Assembly (NCBI GenBank): GCA_965240325.2
Contig: OZ251232.1
Coordinates: 2,046,001-2,110,000, forward strand
Reading direction: 5' to 3'
Length of the DNA: 64,000 nucleotides
DNA from: Rebecca billardiae RCC1528
Taxonomy: Eukaryota; Protista; Haptophyta
The notes under the pieces were generated by a model. It worked only from the letters and a program-made list of their open reading frames with translations, made no database searches and was not told where the DNA came from. The translations under genes and the position numbers were made by a program. Shown here piece by piece: positions 12,666 through 23,625 of this stretch. Positions within the stretch are counted from its first letter, which is position 1. Each line of letters starts with the position of its first letter.

Positions 12666-14833
12666 GGGCCGGGGGTTTGGTGGTAAGGATTTTCCGAAAA
12701 ATCGGCGGCCGCTTTTTCCGAAAATCGCGGGACTGTGGCGGACGCGATCCATGCCGCACGACGGTGATGGCCGCGCCGGGGGAGGACGCGGGACCGCCGG
12801 ACCGGAGGTGCAAGCAGGCCGCAGCTGCGATTGTTGCGTTGATGGGACGGGCGGCGCGGCGGCCAATGCGCCGGCCCATGATCCGGGCGATACCCGGACG
12901 TCGAGACCGGGGCACAAGTTCCCGAGCGGGTGCCGTAGGAGAATCAGCACCTGCTCACACGTAGCAAGCATTGCCCTTGGTCTTGTTCGCGCGGGGATCA
13001 ATCTGGCCCACAGCTTCGCGATGCTGCGCACTGTGGGCCAGGTGATGCAGGCTTTCCAGTTCGCCGAACTCAAGAGGACTGCTCGCACTGCCAAGGCTTG
13101 GGCCTGTACCGCGGTGGTGCTCGGCGGACCTGATCCAAAGCCACAGCTGTGGTTTGACCTCGCGGGCGTACATGGCAAGACTGTATGGTCGCAAGGCCAT
13201 CGATGTGAACGTGTGCACGGCACCACTCTGCCATGCTTCAACTCGTCTGGGTCGAGCTGAGGGCAATCATTCGTGCCCGGAGCATCTGTCAGGCGCGCGT
13301 GCATGCATGCGCGCTGCGCGCCGCGCTGCGGCCCGCGGCTACAGCTCCTGTCACCTTAGCAGATATCTAATGCTGACCACCCCTTTGCGCATCCTGCAGT
13401 AGGCTGTGACAGGTGGGCCTTTCGCGACTGCGCCCATCGTCATCATGTCGCCGTGATCATCTGTCAGCAGCTGATCGTCGAGTCGTCTGCAGCTGGTCAG
13501 ACTCTCCGCCCGTTCGCCGGGCCCGGCCTCAGGCTCAGGCTGCTCTCGATCGGGCTGGCGCCCAGCTCAAGTGCTAATCTTCGGCTCACACGTAGTCACA
13601 TATCCGGCGGCGGATGGCAGCGGTGGGAGAAACAAGTCTCACGCGCAGGCTCAGCTGATGGCCGCCGAGGCCAGCAGTGCGTCAAAATCGTCAGTATAGT
13701 AGTACGCGTAGCATCATCGTCAACGGTCAGCGACTATGTACTCATAGTCATACTGCATCCCGTCGACTCGTCCTCAGCCGCCGGTTGCGCCTAGGAGCGG
13801 GCGCAGCGTCGCCCTGGCGACCTCAACTGCAGGCCAATCGCGTCGGGCGGCAGCGGGGGCAGCATGATGAACGCCAAGTCGACGAGTGCGAGATTTGCCG
13901 CTGGCGCCTCGCCCGCCGCTCGCCGCGCAGCACTCTCAGGGATGACTGCCGGCAGCGCGCGCAGCTCTGAGCTCACCGGCGATCAGCGCGCGCAGCTCAT
14001 GCGCGCGCGCTGACCGGTGAGCGTGCCCGCGCCCATCGCGCGGACGAGCGCGGCGTAGGCCGAGAGCAGTGCGGCTCTCCGCACGTGCGTGTGCTCCGCC
14101 AAGCCCCGCGCGAGCTCGAGCTACACGCCGTGCGCAAGCCGAGCTCAACCGCATCGCACGCTTGAGATCACTACGCGACAGAACGCAGAGGTCGGTGAGG
14201 CTTTCAGAGCGGCGCTCACTGAGGCGGCTTGCGCAGGGCGTAGCTCGGCGAAGCGCTACTGGAGATGAATACCTGTCCCCGAGACGCAAGCCACGACATG
14301 TCTGTCAACTGGGACAGCACACTGAGGGAAGCATCAGCTGCGAGGTCAGGGTGTCTACTGCCAGACATCTGCCAGTAGAACGCCTCGCGCCCCACCTTCG
14401 TGCCAGCTGGGCCGAGCAGGTAGCAGCAAGAGTTCGCGCAGTACGGTATGGCAGCGTCCACGAACGGCGAGAGGGTCGCCCAACCGCCATGTACTTGGAT
14501 CGACAGCTCGGCGCACGCGCTGAACGATTGGAAATGCACTTCTGCGTGAACGGCAGCTTGCGCGCCTGCTTGCCCGCGGCAGGAGCCAGCACGACGGCGG
14601 CGCACGAAACAAGGAACGTCAGCACGCTCATGGCGAATGTTTGCCGTCCTCCGCCTCGCCGCTCGCATCCGAATCGCGGCCGATTCGGCGACGTGCAGAT
14701 GGGCGGCATGGCGCAGCCAGCTCCCAAGTACCTGTAAGGTATTCGCACATAGGAGCCGGCTTCATAGGCGACTCGCCTTTGAATAGCAGCTGCCTTCATA
14801 GGCGCGCGCTCAAAATAGCGCACGCTGACGAAG
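12666..14833. mobile_element. Partial non-autonomous TIR element, copy A (one terminus at 12666)
   Basis: Starts CGGGCCGGGGGTTTGGTGGTA, followed by two TTTTCCGAAAATCG repeats. 13543-14833 is an inverted, diverged copy of 26194-27502, whose outer end carries the same terminal motif. Confidence 0.55.
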
Positions 14834-15429
14834 TCATCGGGGGGAATTTCGGCGAGCGATTTTTTTGCATGATGGCCGCTGCCGCGCTGCGGCGGCGGCC
14901 ACGGGAGGCGCTCAGGAGGCGCGCGTCGCACCAGACGACGCGCGTCGACGCTTGCCTACGGTTCTAGACAGAGTGTGCGCCACGCTGCATGCTATACAGT
15001 CACGGCACGCTCGGCAGTCAGGTCGACACTCGTCGACGCCGTCCGCGTGCAGTGCCGACACGAGTTGTGATCGAGCGCGTCGGCGCGCTCAGCCATCTGG
15101 TCGAGAATCATGCTGTGGTCTGCGGCCGAGAGAACGACCGGGATCTTCCTCAACGCCTTCCCCATCGTGCTCGAGTTGTGCGTAGTCTCGCCCGCGGGCG
15201 CGCTCGCAATCACCATCTGCAATCTGCGCTCGCCTTGCGCTGCAGCGCTCCTCGGAGTGCTACCACGAGAGCTCGCGGTACTTCTACTGGGTATTGGAGG
15301 AGTCGAAGGTGCGCCAGCCAAGTAGATGAAGTCGACCACCTCGGTGCCAGCCACGATCAGTCCCCAGACGCCCCCAAAGCAGTGTCGGGGCCCAGAGGTA
15401 AGCGTCGAGGATCAGTAGTAGCTTACGGC

Positions 15430-16070
15430 GCAGTGTCCGAACGGTGCTCAACAGGACAGTACTGCAAGAAAATGAGATGGTACTCGTAGTCTGATTCACT
15501 GTCATCAGACTAGTTGCCGCCGGCGTCATCCACGGCTGTGATGGCCCCGTTGTGACCGGGCTCAATGAGTGCCACGCGTCGCTGCTGGTCGTCCAGGAAG
15601 CGCTCTGCGAGCCAGTGTCAACCCGGAGCTGATGCGCTCGGCCGCTCGGGCCTCGGCGGCGCTCGAGGAGGGCGCCCCGCATTATCAGCTTCACCAAGGA
15701 GATCGCGCGCTGGCTGGGGACGGCCAAGCAGATGGACACGGAGCTGGGCGGCTCGGAGCTGATTATGAACCGCACGCGCGCGCAGCTCGCGAGGACGCGC
15801 GATCGTGTGGTGGTACCCTACGCCGAGATCACCGCGACTTTCCGGGGTACGACACAATCGACCCGGCGACGCGCGACGAGAAGCGCGCCCGCACTCAAGC
15901 CGGAAGAGCTTCCACAACCTGCGCATCGACCAGGCGGGTCGCGTGTGGGTGTGTCGCTGGCCGTGCTCGTGCGCACCGCGCCGTGCCGCGCTCCCGCGCA
16001 ACATGTGCCCGACATCCGGTCCCTGGCGCTCCGCCCCATCTTCAGCGAGCTCAACGACTGGCACGTCGCA
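15430..16070 (+). pseudogene. Frameshifted relic, probably of a DNA-transposon protein
   Basis: Motifs in order across frames: SERCSTGQY, HGCDGPVVTGLNEC, FHNLRIDQAGRVWVCRWPCSCAP, IFSELNDW. These resemble, from recall, the SDGCxxQY / HGKxxxDG / PCxCxxC...LNDW pattern of eukaryotic transposon-derived proteins. Multiple stops and frameshifts. Confidence 0.35.
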
Positions 16071-16297
16071 CGACGTGACGGCGCAGCTCCAGCGGAAGGC
16101 CGGCGCTGGAGCTGAGGACTCGGACGATGAGATCGAGGTCGACCGGGACTTGCGTAGCGCCTCGTGCCCACCTCCTCACGCGTCTTGCGGGCTGCAGCAT
16201 GCGCTGAATCTTGAGCTCCAGCCCTTCTGAGCTTTCTTGCCGCGTCGACCGCGCGCGGAGAGCTTCTGCTTCCGCTTGGACATGAGGGGGTGCCCAC

Positions 16298-16438
16298 TTG
16301 GATGCAGAGTGTTCTCGACGTAGGTCACGCCCCAGCCTGGCGCAAGTGGATTGCTGCACTCACGATAACCTCAGGGGTGCAGCGATCGCGTTCCCCGCGG
16401 TCCAGACGCCATCCTCGTAGAGAACACTCTGCATCCAA
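16298..16438. repeat. 19-bp perfect inverted repeat around a 103-bp spacer
   Basis: TTGGATGCAGAGTGTTCTC (16298-16316) / GAGAACACTCTGCATCCAA (16420-16438). No TSD seen. Confidence 0.85.
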
Positions 16439-18832
16439 CCGGGCGTCACGCGGATTCCCACTGGGATGTCGCCGTCACATATTTGTTGGTATTTATTCAA
16501 TTTGCAACAGGCCTCTGAGACCACCCGAACTAACGAGGCCAGCCGATTTCCGGACGAAGCGCCTTGGACCAGTATGCGCCGCCATCGTGATTCGCGCTCG
16601 CGGGTTTGGTACACGGGCCCTCCGGGCCCGCATAAGAGACGCACACAGCTCAATAACCGCGAGATCGACCATGGCGGGCGTGAATGCCCGTCCCAACGCG
16701 ATCTAAGGCCCCAGCGCCACGGCCCGGTCACTGGGAGTCACTCTGCTCTCTCTCTCTATCTCAGCAGCTCTCATCTCTGCTCTGTCTTAGTCACTACTCT
16801 CTCTCTTAGCTCTCTCTCGATCTCTAGTATAGCGCGTCCTCAGCATACGACTCTGCAGGCGTCGTTGTCGTCGGAGGTGTCGGACGTCGCGTGCGTCCGT
16901 CCTCGACAGTGTCACGACGTTTGACGTGACTCTTTATTGTTGGCGCTCATCATAATCATTGAACATCATGTCACAGTGAACACGCCCCAGCGGCGGAGCG
17001 GACAAACAAAACTGCTTGGGAACCGGCCGATTTGGCAGGGCGATGGCGGGATCTCAGTCGTCCGCCCGAGGCCTTCCGCCGTCACTCGGCCGCTCTAGCC
17101 GGGCCCACGGGCGCGATCATCCGTGGGCCCATCCCGTACTGGGCGGACCGTATAGCTGGCCATTACATGGGACACTAGCTCGGGTGTCGCGCCACGACTC
17201 TGCCACGAGAAGCCGCCCGCGTCCGAAGCAGGCGTGTTTGAGCTCGCAGCAGCACGCGATCGACATGTGATGCTTGCTCCCACCCGTCCCGATGGATGGC
17301 GGGCCTGGGTGGCTGTCTGAGTGGTTGGTTAGGTGCAAGTACTTGCTCGCATGCTCCTTTTGGACCGCTGGAAATGTCTCGCCCCCAATATCCTCCACCT
17401 CAAAAGTGCTGCACTAGTTGGCCGGTCGAGTGGCACGTCGAGCGCGTGCCCGTCGGGTCACATCCTCAAGCATTCAAGGTGGACCTGAGCATTGTTTGAG
17501 ACGCGCCTAATGTCAGAAGGGCCATCGAGCGCGTCCTTCTCGTCCGACTTGGCGACTCATGCCTTCGCGTCTACGATGTGTACGGATCGGGCCCATCTGA
17601 CCGACTGCACAACGGGCTCTGAACAGCGACGGCCAGTGCACCAGGCGAATGGTGCCGGCCATGGCTGACGGTGCGTGTGCCCGCACACTGCGAGTGTGCT
17701 CGCGGACGCCCGCCTCCCCGACCGTCAGCGCCTCTGCGCACCAAGCTAGGGCTGCATGATTCCGACCCACTTTTGTGCTCACGCAATGATGCAGGCGGCG
17801 CGGCCCCTTCTGCGCACGCGCGCAGAACAGCTCGTTTGCGCTGACTCAGGGCGACCTGAGCGAGCTTGACTACATTCACGACCTCGTTGCGCACTTGCGC
17901 ACTCGACGACGTGCCGAGGTCGCGGTTCCGCCGATGGTAGCGTCTCGTTCGGGCGCACATCACAGCAGTGTGCATCCGTATCGGATGACGAATGCGAGCA
18001 ACTCAGCGAGGCACAACCATGCCCAGTCGGGTGCGCTTTGGGGTGCCGCGCGAGTGCGAAGGCCTCGCATTCCACGATTCACATCGCTCACGTCACCCTC
18101 TCTGCGTCGACCCACTGCCCACGCGCTTCGCGCGCCGTCGCGCAGATCACTGCTCATCAGCTTGCAGCTCAAAGGAGACGATGCGGTCGCGGCAGTGCGC
18201 TGGCTCGTCGAGCTGACGTGCCGCGGTCGCGGCAGCTGGGCGCCAGCTTGGCAGCTCGTGTGCGGTCTTCTTCCGCGAGCAGCTGCCGGCCTGCTTCAGC
18301 TTCGTGGGCAAGCGCGCGCGATGTCTTTGCGCGGGAGTGCGCAGGGTGCAGCTGCGGCAGCAAACGCATCGTGCTCGAGCAGCGCGCGAGGAGGCGGCAC
18401 GGGCGATTCGAGGCTCATTCGAGTCGCGGTGACTCTGCCAGGGCATATACTCTCCACACCTCACCTACCGAGCTGGACCCTGTCTTCGCTTCCTCCAGCG
18501 ATCCGCGCGCGCACACGCGGTGTTGACGGCTCGATCAGCCGCAGTCTCGGTGCCGTTCGGCGCCGAGCTCGAGGACGGGCAGGGCGAGCAGCTGCGCTGG
18601 CATGAGAGCTCTCTGACGCTTCTGACAGGGCGCTATGCGTGTCTAGCTGTCCGCTGACATGTCCCAGTCGCCGCAGGCCCTCCGTGGGCTCGGCCATCGA
18701 GCCTCACGCGAGCGACCCGCGAGGCGGGCGTCCGCCATTTTGTTTGTCCGCTTCGCCGCTGGGGCGTGTTCACTGTGGTTGCTGCATGTATCTCGCCCCG
18801 CGTGGCGGAGCTCTCGTCGTCCTCATCGGCGC

Positions 18833-20176
18833 TCACCTTGGCGAACCACCGTTCTCCTCGCCCGCGTTGTCCGCGCGAGCGTCGGAGGACCAACCGGAGT
18901 CCGACGCCGAATCGGTGTCGTCCGACTCCGAGCCGTGGCGCGCGCTTGCAGGCGCGCTCCCCGTCTCAGCTCCGCGAGCAGCGGCAGCAAGGCGAGCGGC
19001 CTGTGCGGTGCGACGCGAGCGGAGCTTCTCCCGGAACGCCTGCCCCGCCGCCCGGCGCTCGGCCTCGCGCCGCTCGAGCTCGAGCTTCCGCAGGTGCAGC
19101 TTGCGCCCGCGCTTGTCGAACAGCCGGCGCATCGCCGCGCACGTGATGCCGCGCACGCGCAGCAGCTTGGCGTCCTCGTCGGGCACGCCCGGCTCGTGCA
19201 CCTCGGTGTCGACGACGTGGTCGGCGCGCGGGCGGACGAGGAACGGCATGGAGAGCCTCGGCGCACACCGCGCGCGAGGCCGCACCACGCGGTGCACCGC
19301 GCTGGGGAAGTAGCCCCTGGTGAGCGTGCTCAGGAAGTCGCCCACGTGCACGAGCAGCTGCATCGCGCCCACGCCTGGCTCGGCCTCGACCGCGTGCCAC
19401 GCGTGTGCGGGCGCGCGCATGTACTCTTCGTGCTGCGCGCGCGCGGAGGCGTCGAGGAGCTGGAGCCCGGGCGTGCGCGGGTTGAGCAGGGACAGCGTGA
19501 GCAGCGACGAGTCCGTGTGCGCATCGAACACGACCTCCTGCTCGCGTGCACTCGCGCCGCCGTCGGCCGCGCCCGGCGAGTCAGCGTCGCTCGCAGCGTC
19601 GGGCGCGCTGGCCCCGGCGGCCCCGTCCGCCCCGGCGCCATCGCCCACCGCGCGGTCGTCAGACGCGGTGCCGGTGTAGTGGCATACGCGCAGCACGCTG
19701 TGGAGCACTTCCTCCGCGCCGAGCGCGCCCGCCGCGCACCCGTCCAGCATGCACGTGAACGCGCTCTCAGGTAACGCCATGTGCCGCGCGATGCAGCGCA
19801 GCAGCGCGTGCGAGATGGCGTGCAGCTCGTCGACGAGGGTGACGGCGACGGGCTCGAGGCCCGCGGACTCGGGCGGGGGCGTCGGCACGAGCGCGCCCGC
19901 GCCGTTGCGGTGCAGCTCCAGGAACTCGCTCCGCGTGATCTCGTCGAGCCGAAAGCCTGCGTACGTGTTGCCCACAAATTTGAAGTCGCCCACAGCCTTC
20001 TTCTCGTCCTCGGGCAGCAGGAAGAAGCTCTCCGCCTCGTGCCGCATCGACGAGACACGCTCGTGCATGCTGACGGGCAGCGCCAGCCGCGCGAACCCTC
20101 CCCGCAGCGCCTCGCAGAACGCCTCGGCGCTCGGCGCGTCCGCCAGCACCGCCTCCAGGGAGAAGAGCGGCGTCAT
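18833..20176 (-). CDS. 2OG-Fe(II) oxygenase, isopenicillin N synthase-like (DOXC-type), ~447 aa
   Basis: HTDSSLLTL (HxD), VHVGDFLSTLTRGYFPSAVHRV (distal His), RLSMPF (RxS), N-terminal GFARL...FFLLPEDEKK. Start chosen at ATG 20176; the frame is open further upstream. Confidence 0.88.
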   Translation of the reverse strand: MTPLFSLEAVLADAPSAEAFCEALRGGFARLALPVSMHERVSSMRHEAESFFLLPEDEKKAVGDFKFVGNTYAGFRLDEITRSEFLELHRNGAGALVPTPPPESAGLEPVAVTLVDELHAISHALLRCIARHMALPESAFTCMLDGCAAGALGAEEVLHSVLRVCHYTGTASDDRAVGDGAGADGAAGASAPDAASDADSPGAADGGASAREQEVVFDAHTDSSLLTLSLLNPRTPGLQLLDASARAQHEEYMRAPAHAWHAVEAEPGVGAMQLLVHVGDFLSTLTRGYFPSAVHRVVRPRARCAPRLSMPFLVRPRADHVVDTEVHEPGVPDEDAKLLRVRGITCAAMRRLFDKRGRKLHLRKLELERREAERRAAGQAFREKLRSRRTAQAARLAAAARGAETGSAPASARHGSESDDTDSASDSGWSSDARADNAGEENGGSPR

Positions 20177-20316
20177 TGCGTGTACTTCGCCGGGGCCTTG
20201 GCGAAGGCCGCTCGGTTCTTCGTCGCCACGATGTACAGGAGCGGGAAGATCACGCCCGCCGTCATCACCACCAGCCCGAGCAGCCATCGCGTCAGCGACA
20301 GCTCGGGCACAGCCAT
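20173..20316 (-). CDS. 47-aa single-pass membrane microprotein (upstream ORF)
   Basis: MAVPELSLTRWLLGLVVMTAGVIFPLLYIVATKNRAAFAKAPAKYTQ has one hydrophobic helix, a basic tail and mostly G/C-ending codons. Its TGA overlaps the oxygenase ATG (ATGA). Confidence 0.6.
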   Translation of the reverse strand: MAVPELSLTRWLLGLVVMTAGVIFPLLYIVATKNRAAFAKAPAKYTQ

Positions 20317-20648
20317 CGAAGGCGGCCGCCGCGACTCCCACGGACCACCGCAAGGCATCAACGACTCTCACCTCGCGTGTTGAAGCTGCGGACTCTATCT
20401 CGGCTTTACAGTCGAAAAGTACTGTAGTCCGTGCAAGGGTGCTCACCAGTTCAGTCAGACAGTACTCACAGCCGTCCGGCAAAGTGTCACCACGCGGAAC
20501 CCGCCAGCGGGCGGAGTGCTGCGGCAAAAACTGTGTGGGGCGTCGTCAGGGCCGGCCAATAAGGTGACCGACCACCTGATGAGTGATGTGTGCGCATCAC
20601 CGTCCTCCGAATATCTGATGGCATCAGTCGATCATCAGCAGAGTCGTT

Positions 20649-23132
20649 TCACCGCCTGATGGCAATGCCTGGCGCCCTGACGCTGACTCCTGCCAGACGC
20701 GCGAGATGACGGAGATCGCCATCGTCGTCAGAGTGCGAGCAAGGCCTTGATGGCACATCTCGGCGCGTGAGCGTCTGCTGCGTGCGTGCTCGCAGACGGA
20801 GCGCTGCGGCGGCGGCCACGCTTGCCAACGCCAGCCCGGCGCACACCAACATGATGGCGCGCTGGCGCTGCCGGCCTGGGCGCACAGCGCGCCATCGTTG
20901 GCTGCTCAGCGCAGCTGCCTGCTCGCGCCGCTGCAGGTCGGGCGTCCAGCCGCCGCCGCACTCGCAGCACGCCAGCTCGGGGAACAGGTAGCGCTCCCCA
21001 TGCGGGACCCCTGGCGAGGCCAGCTGGCCGGCGGCGCACCACCCCCTCGCGGCGTACGCCTCGCACGTGCCGCCCATCGGGTCCTCCCAGTCCTGCGCGC
21101 TCACGCACTTGCTGAGGTCTCGCTCCACAAACGGAGGCGCGGCCGTGCGCAGCACGACAAAGGCCTCGTCGAGCTCGGCGTTGTCCGCCTGCTGCTCGGT
21201 GCACGCGTAGCAGTAGCCGAGCGAGGGCGAGAAGGCGAAGGCGGGGTGCGCGATGCGCAGCGCGGCCACCGCCTCGCGGCACGCGAACACGTTGTCGCTC
21301 GCTGAGACAGGCCGATGCTTGTCGCCGCACCGACGGCCGGCGTGCGCGTGCCCGGGCTGCAGCGCGACGAGGGCGCCCACCCCGCGCGGCGGCGGCGGCG
21401 GCGGCGGCAGCGCAGGCGGCGGTGCGACCGGCGGCGGAGGCGGCGCGGCGCTGATGACACCCGCGACGAGCACGTCGGCGTCGTCGTTGCCGCCACCGAA
21501 GCGGCCGCCGGCCGTCGCCGCGTTGGCCGCGGCCGCCATCGCCGCCATCGCCGCCGCCTCGTCCCGCGCGTGCTGCTCGAGGGCAGCGCGCGCCGCGCCC
21601 TCGTCCAGGCCCGCCCACTGCTGCCAGGGCTGGGTCACGGACAGCGCCGTCGCGGGCGACGGCGGCGACTTGTCCATGCGCCTGTACGCCGCAAGGAAGG
21701 TCGGGTAGTAGAAGGAGCCGGGGCAGATCATGCCGAAGCAGTGCAGCGGCGACGGCGGCGACGCGGGCGGCGCGGGCGGCGCCGGAGGCGGCGTCGGGGG
21801 CATCGGCCCCGCCCGGTGCCGTGCGGAGCTGGGGCCGTCAGAGGCGGGCGCGCGGGGGCATGCCGTGCTCGCGCGCGCCTCGTCGAGCCCCGCGTCACGA
21901 TGCGCGCCGCGCCTCGGCGCGCCCTGCTTCGAGAGCTCCCGGGGCCGGACGCGCGGGCAGGCGGTGCCTGAGGCGGTGCCGCCCATCACGCTGCCGGGCG
22001 CGGGCGCGGGCTGGCGCCAGCCCGGCGGCACCGCGGCCGAAGTGTCCGCTGGCTGCTCGCGCGGCGGCGGCGGCGGCGCGGCGACGACGACGCCGGCCAT
22101 GAGCGGCGGCGGCGGCGACCGTTCACGGCCCACCGCGCTCGCGGGCGCGCCGCGCCCCTCCGCCTCGCCTCGCGCTGAGACCGTGTGCAGGCCCGGCCAG
22201 CGCTGCGCCAAGCGGCCCGTGCTGCCGCCCGCCTCGGGTGTGACAGCGGCTGCGGGTGTGACAGCGGCTGCCTGGTGTGCGGCCTCGGCTGCGCCGTCCG
22301 CCTCGTCACCCGGCGTGACCACGTGCAGCCCTGGCCACTTGCGCGCCACGCTGTCCGTGCCGTCCGCCTCGCCATGCGGCGAGATCACGTGCAGGCCCGG
22401 CCAGTGGCGCGCCGCGCCGCCCGCGCCGTCCGCGGCTGCAGGGGCTGCGGGCGCACGCCCCGCGGCGCTCTGCTCAGCCGCGCCGCCAGCCGAGAGTGTC
22501 CCGCTGCTGGCCTCCGTGCCCCCAGCGCGCTCAAGCTGCGCATCCACTGCGCGGGAGCGTGGGAGGTTCCAAGGCGGAGGCGTCAGTGGCGGCGGTGGCG
22601 GCGAGGGCGGTGGCGGTGGCGGCGACGGCGGCCTCGGTGGCGATGGCGACGGTGGTGGCGGCCTCGGCGGCGATGGTGACGGTGGCATGGGCGAGGGCGG
22701 GCTCGGTGGGGGCGGTGGAGGATGTGGGTGGTGCCGACGGTACCATCCTCGCCGGTGGTCTCGCTGATGCGGAGGCGGCGCCGGCGATGGCGGCGGTGAC
22801 ATGTGGATGATCCGCTGGAAGGCAGCGCGCGTCTTCTCGATCGGCGGCGGCGGCGGCGGCGGCGGCGGGAACGGGCTGTGGCGCATGGTCCAACGGCGAG
22901 TGTGCCGCCGACGATGCGCGCCGTCGAGGTCCCCGGGGGGCGGCGACGGCGACGGAGGCGGCGGAGGCGGCGAAGACGGCTCATCCTCACCGTCGCGATG
23001 ACGTCTCCGCCGGGCGCGTCGCGCTCGCGAGGGGTCGGGCACAGATACGGTCGACAGGGAGGTGGCCAGCAGTATCACTGCCAGAGCGCAGCACAGCGCG
23101 GCGGCTACGAGCACGCCATGCCGCCTCCGCAT
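20649..23132 (-). CDS. Proline-rich secreted or membrane-anchored protein, 827 aa
   Basis: N-terminal hydrophobic signal or anchor, SPPPP tracts, three WPGLHxx(S/T)xxxEA(D/E)G repeats, Cys-rich modules (WEDxxGGTCxxYxxxxWC...CCxCGGG) and a C-terminal TM helix. In-frame introns not excluded. Confidence 0.8.
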   Translation of the reverse strand: MRRRHGVLVAAALCCALAVILLATSLSTVSVPDPSRARRARRRRHRDGEDEPSSPPPPPPSPSPPPGDLDGAHRRRHTRRWTMRHSPFPPPPPPPPPIEKTRAAFQRIIHMSPPPSPAPPPHQRDHRRGWYRRHHPHPPPPPPSPPSPMPPSPSPPRPPPPSPSPPRPPSPPPPPPSPPPPPLTPPPWNLPRSRAVDAQLERAGGTEASSGTLSAGGAAEQSAAGRAPAAPAAADGAGGAARHWPGLHVISPHGEADGTDSVARKWPGLHVVTPGDEADGAAEAAHQAAAVTPAAAVTPEAGGSTGRLAQRWPGLHTVSARGEAEGRGAPASAVGRERSPPPPLMAGVVVAAPPPPPREQPADTSAAVPPGWRQPAPAPGSVMGGTASGTACPRVRPRELSKQGAPRRGAHRDAGLDEARASTACPRAPASDGPSSARHRAGPMPPTPPPAPPAPPASPPSPLHCFGMICPGSFYYPTFLAAYRRMDKSPPSPATALSVTQPWQQWAGLDEGAARAALEQHARDEAAAMAAMAAAANAATAGGRFGGGNDDADVLVAGVISAAPPPPPVAPPPALPPPPPPPRGVGALVALQPGHAHAGRRCGDKHRPVSASDNVFACREAVAALRIAHPAFAFSPSLGYCYACTEQQADNAELDEAFVVLRTAAPPFVERDLSKCVSAQDWEDPMGGTCEAYAARGWCAAGQLASPGVPHGERYLFPELACCECGGGWTPDLQRREQAAALSSQRWRAVRPGRQRQRAIMLVCAGLALASVAAAAALRLRARTQQTLTRRDVPSRPCSHSDDDGDLRHLARLAGVSVRAPGIAIRR

Positions 23133-23442
23133 GCTCTTGGACCGCGCTCACGCTGCGCGCGCGGCGGAGCGCATGGCTTTTTCCTTATTATGATCGCTGC
23201 ATCAAGCTGGCCAGCCTGCACACCTGCCGCAAGCGCGTTGACCCTGCTCCGGCAGTTCGAACCCCGTGACATTGACTGTCGCGGCGGTTGAAATGCGGAT
23301 CGTGGTCGTCTCGCTCGTCGGCGAGACCGCCAGCAGATTCTCCGCCGTCCGCGCAGCGCGCCCGCCACGCGTGTAGAGTCTCAATTTTGCGACAAGAAGG
23401 CGCTGAAATCATTTTTCGAGCGTGGCCACGGCCCACGGGCCC
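22477..23442. repeat. Left copy of ~950-bp direct duplication (5' part and promoter of the Pro-rich gene)
   Basis: Matches 43271-44216. It is 20 bp longer owing to five indels (3, 4, 3, 3, 7 bp), all upstream of the ATG. Confidence 0.95.
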
Positions 23443-23449
23443 ACTACCA

Positions 23450-23625
23450 TCTACTCTACTTAATCGTGTAAAGTGGATCCGCGCGGCAGGTGCGCCCGGA
23501 ATACGAAAATGCCCACAATTCGGACTTTACCTACGAAAAGTCAGCGGATCGACGCTTTTTACTCCGAAAGTCAGCGGATCGAGGGGTTTTACTCCGAAAG
23601 TCAGCGGATCGCCGGCTTTTACCCC
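23450..23625 (+). mobile_element. Helitron-like 5' terminus with subterminal 30-bp repeats
   Basis: A|TCTACTCTACTTAATCGTGTAAAG fits the A|TC AT-rich Helitron start. Three copies of (T)ACTCCGAAAGTCAGCGGATCG...TTTT at ~23530-23622. The 3' end is not securely assigned. Confidence 0.45.

Noticed and set aside
17500-18700. Possible small gene upstream of the oxygenase 3' end
   Set aside because: No consistent frame, splice model or motif could be supported.
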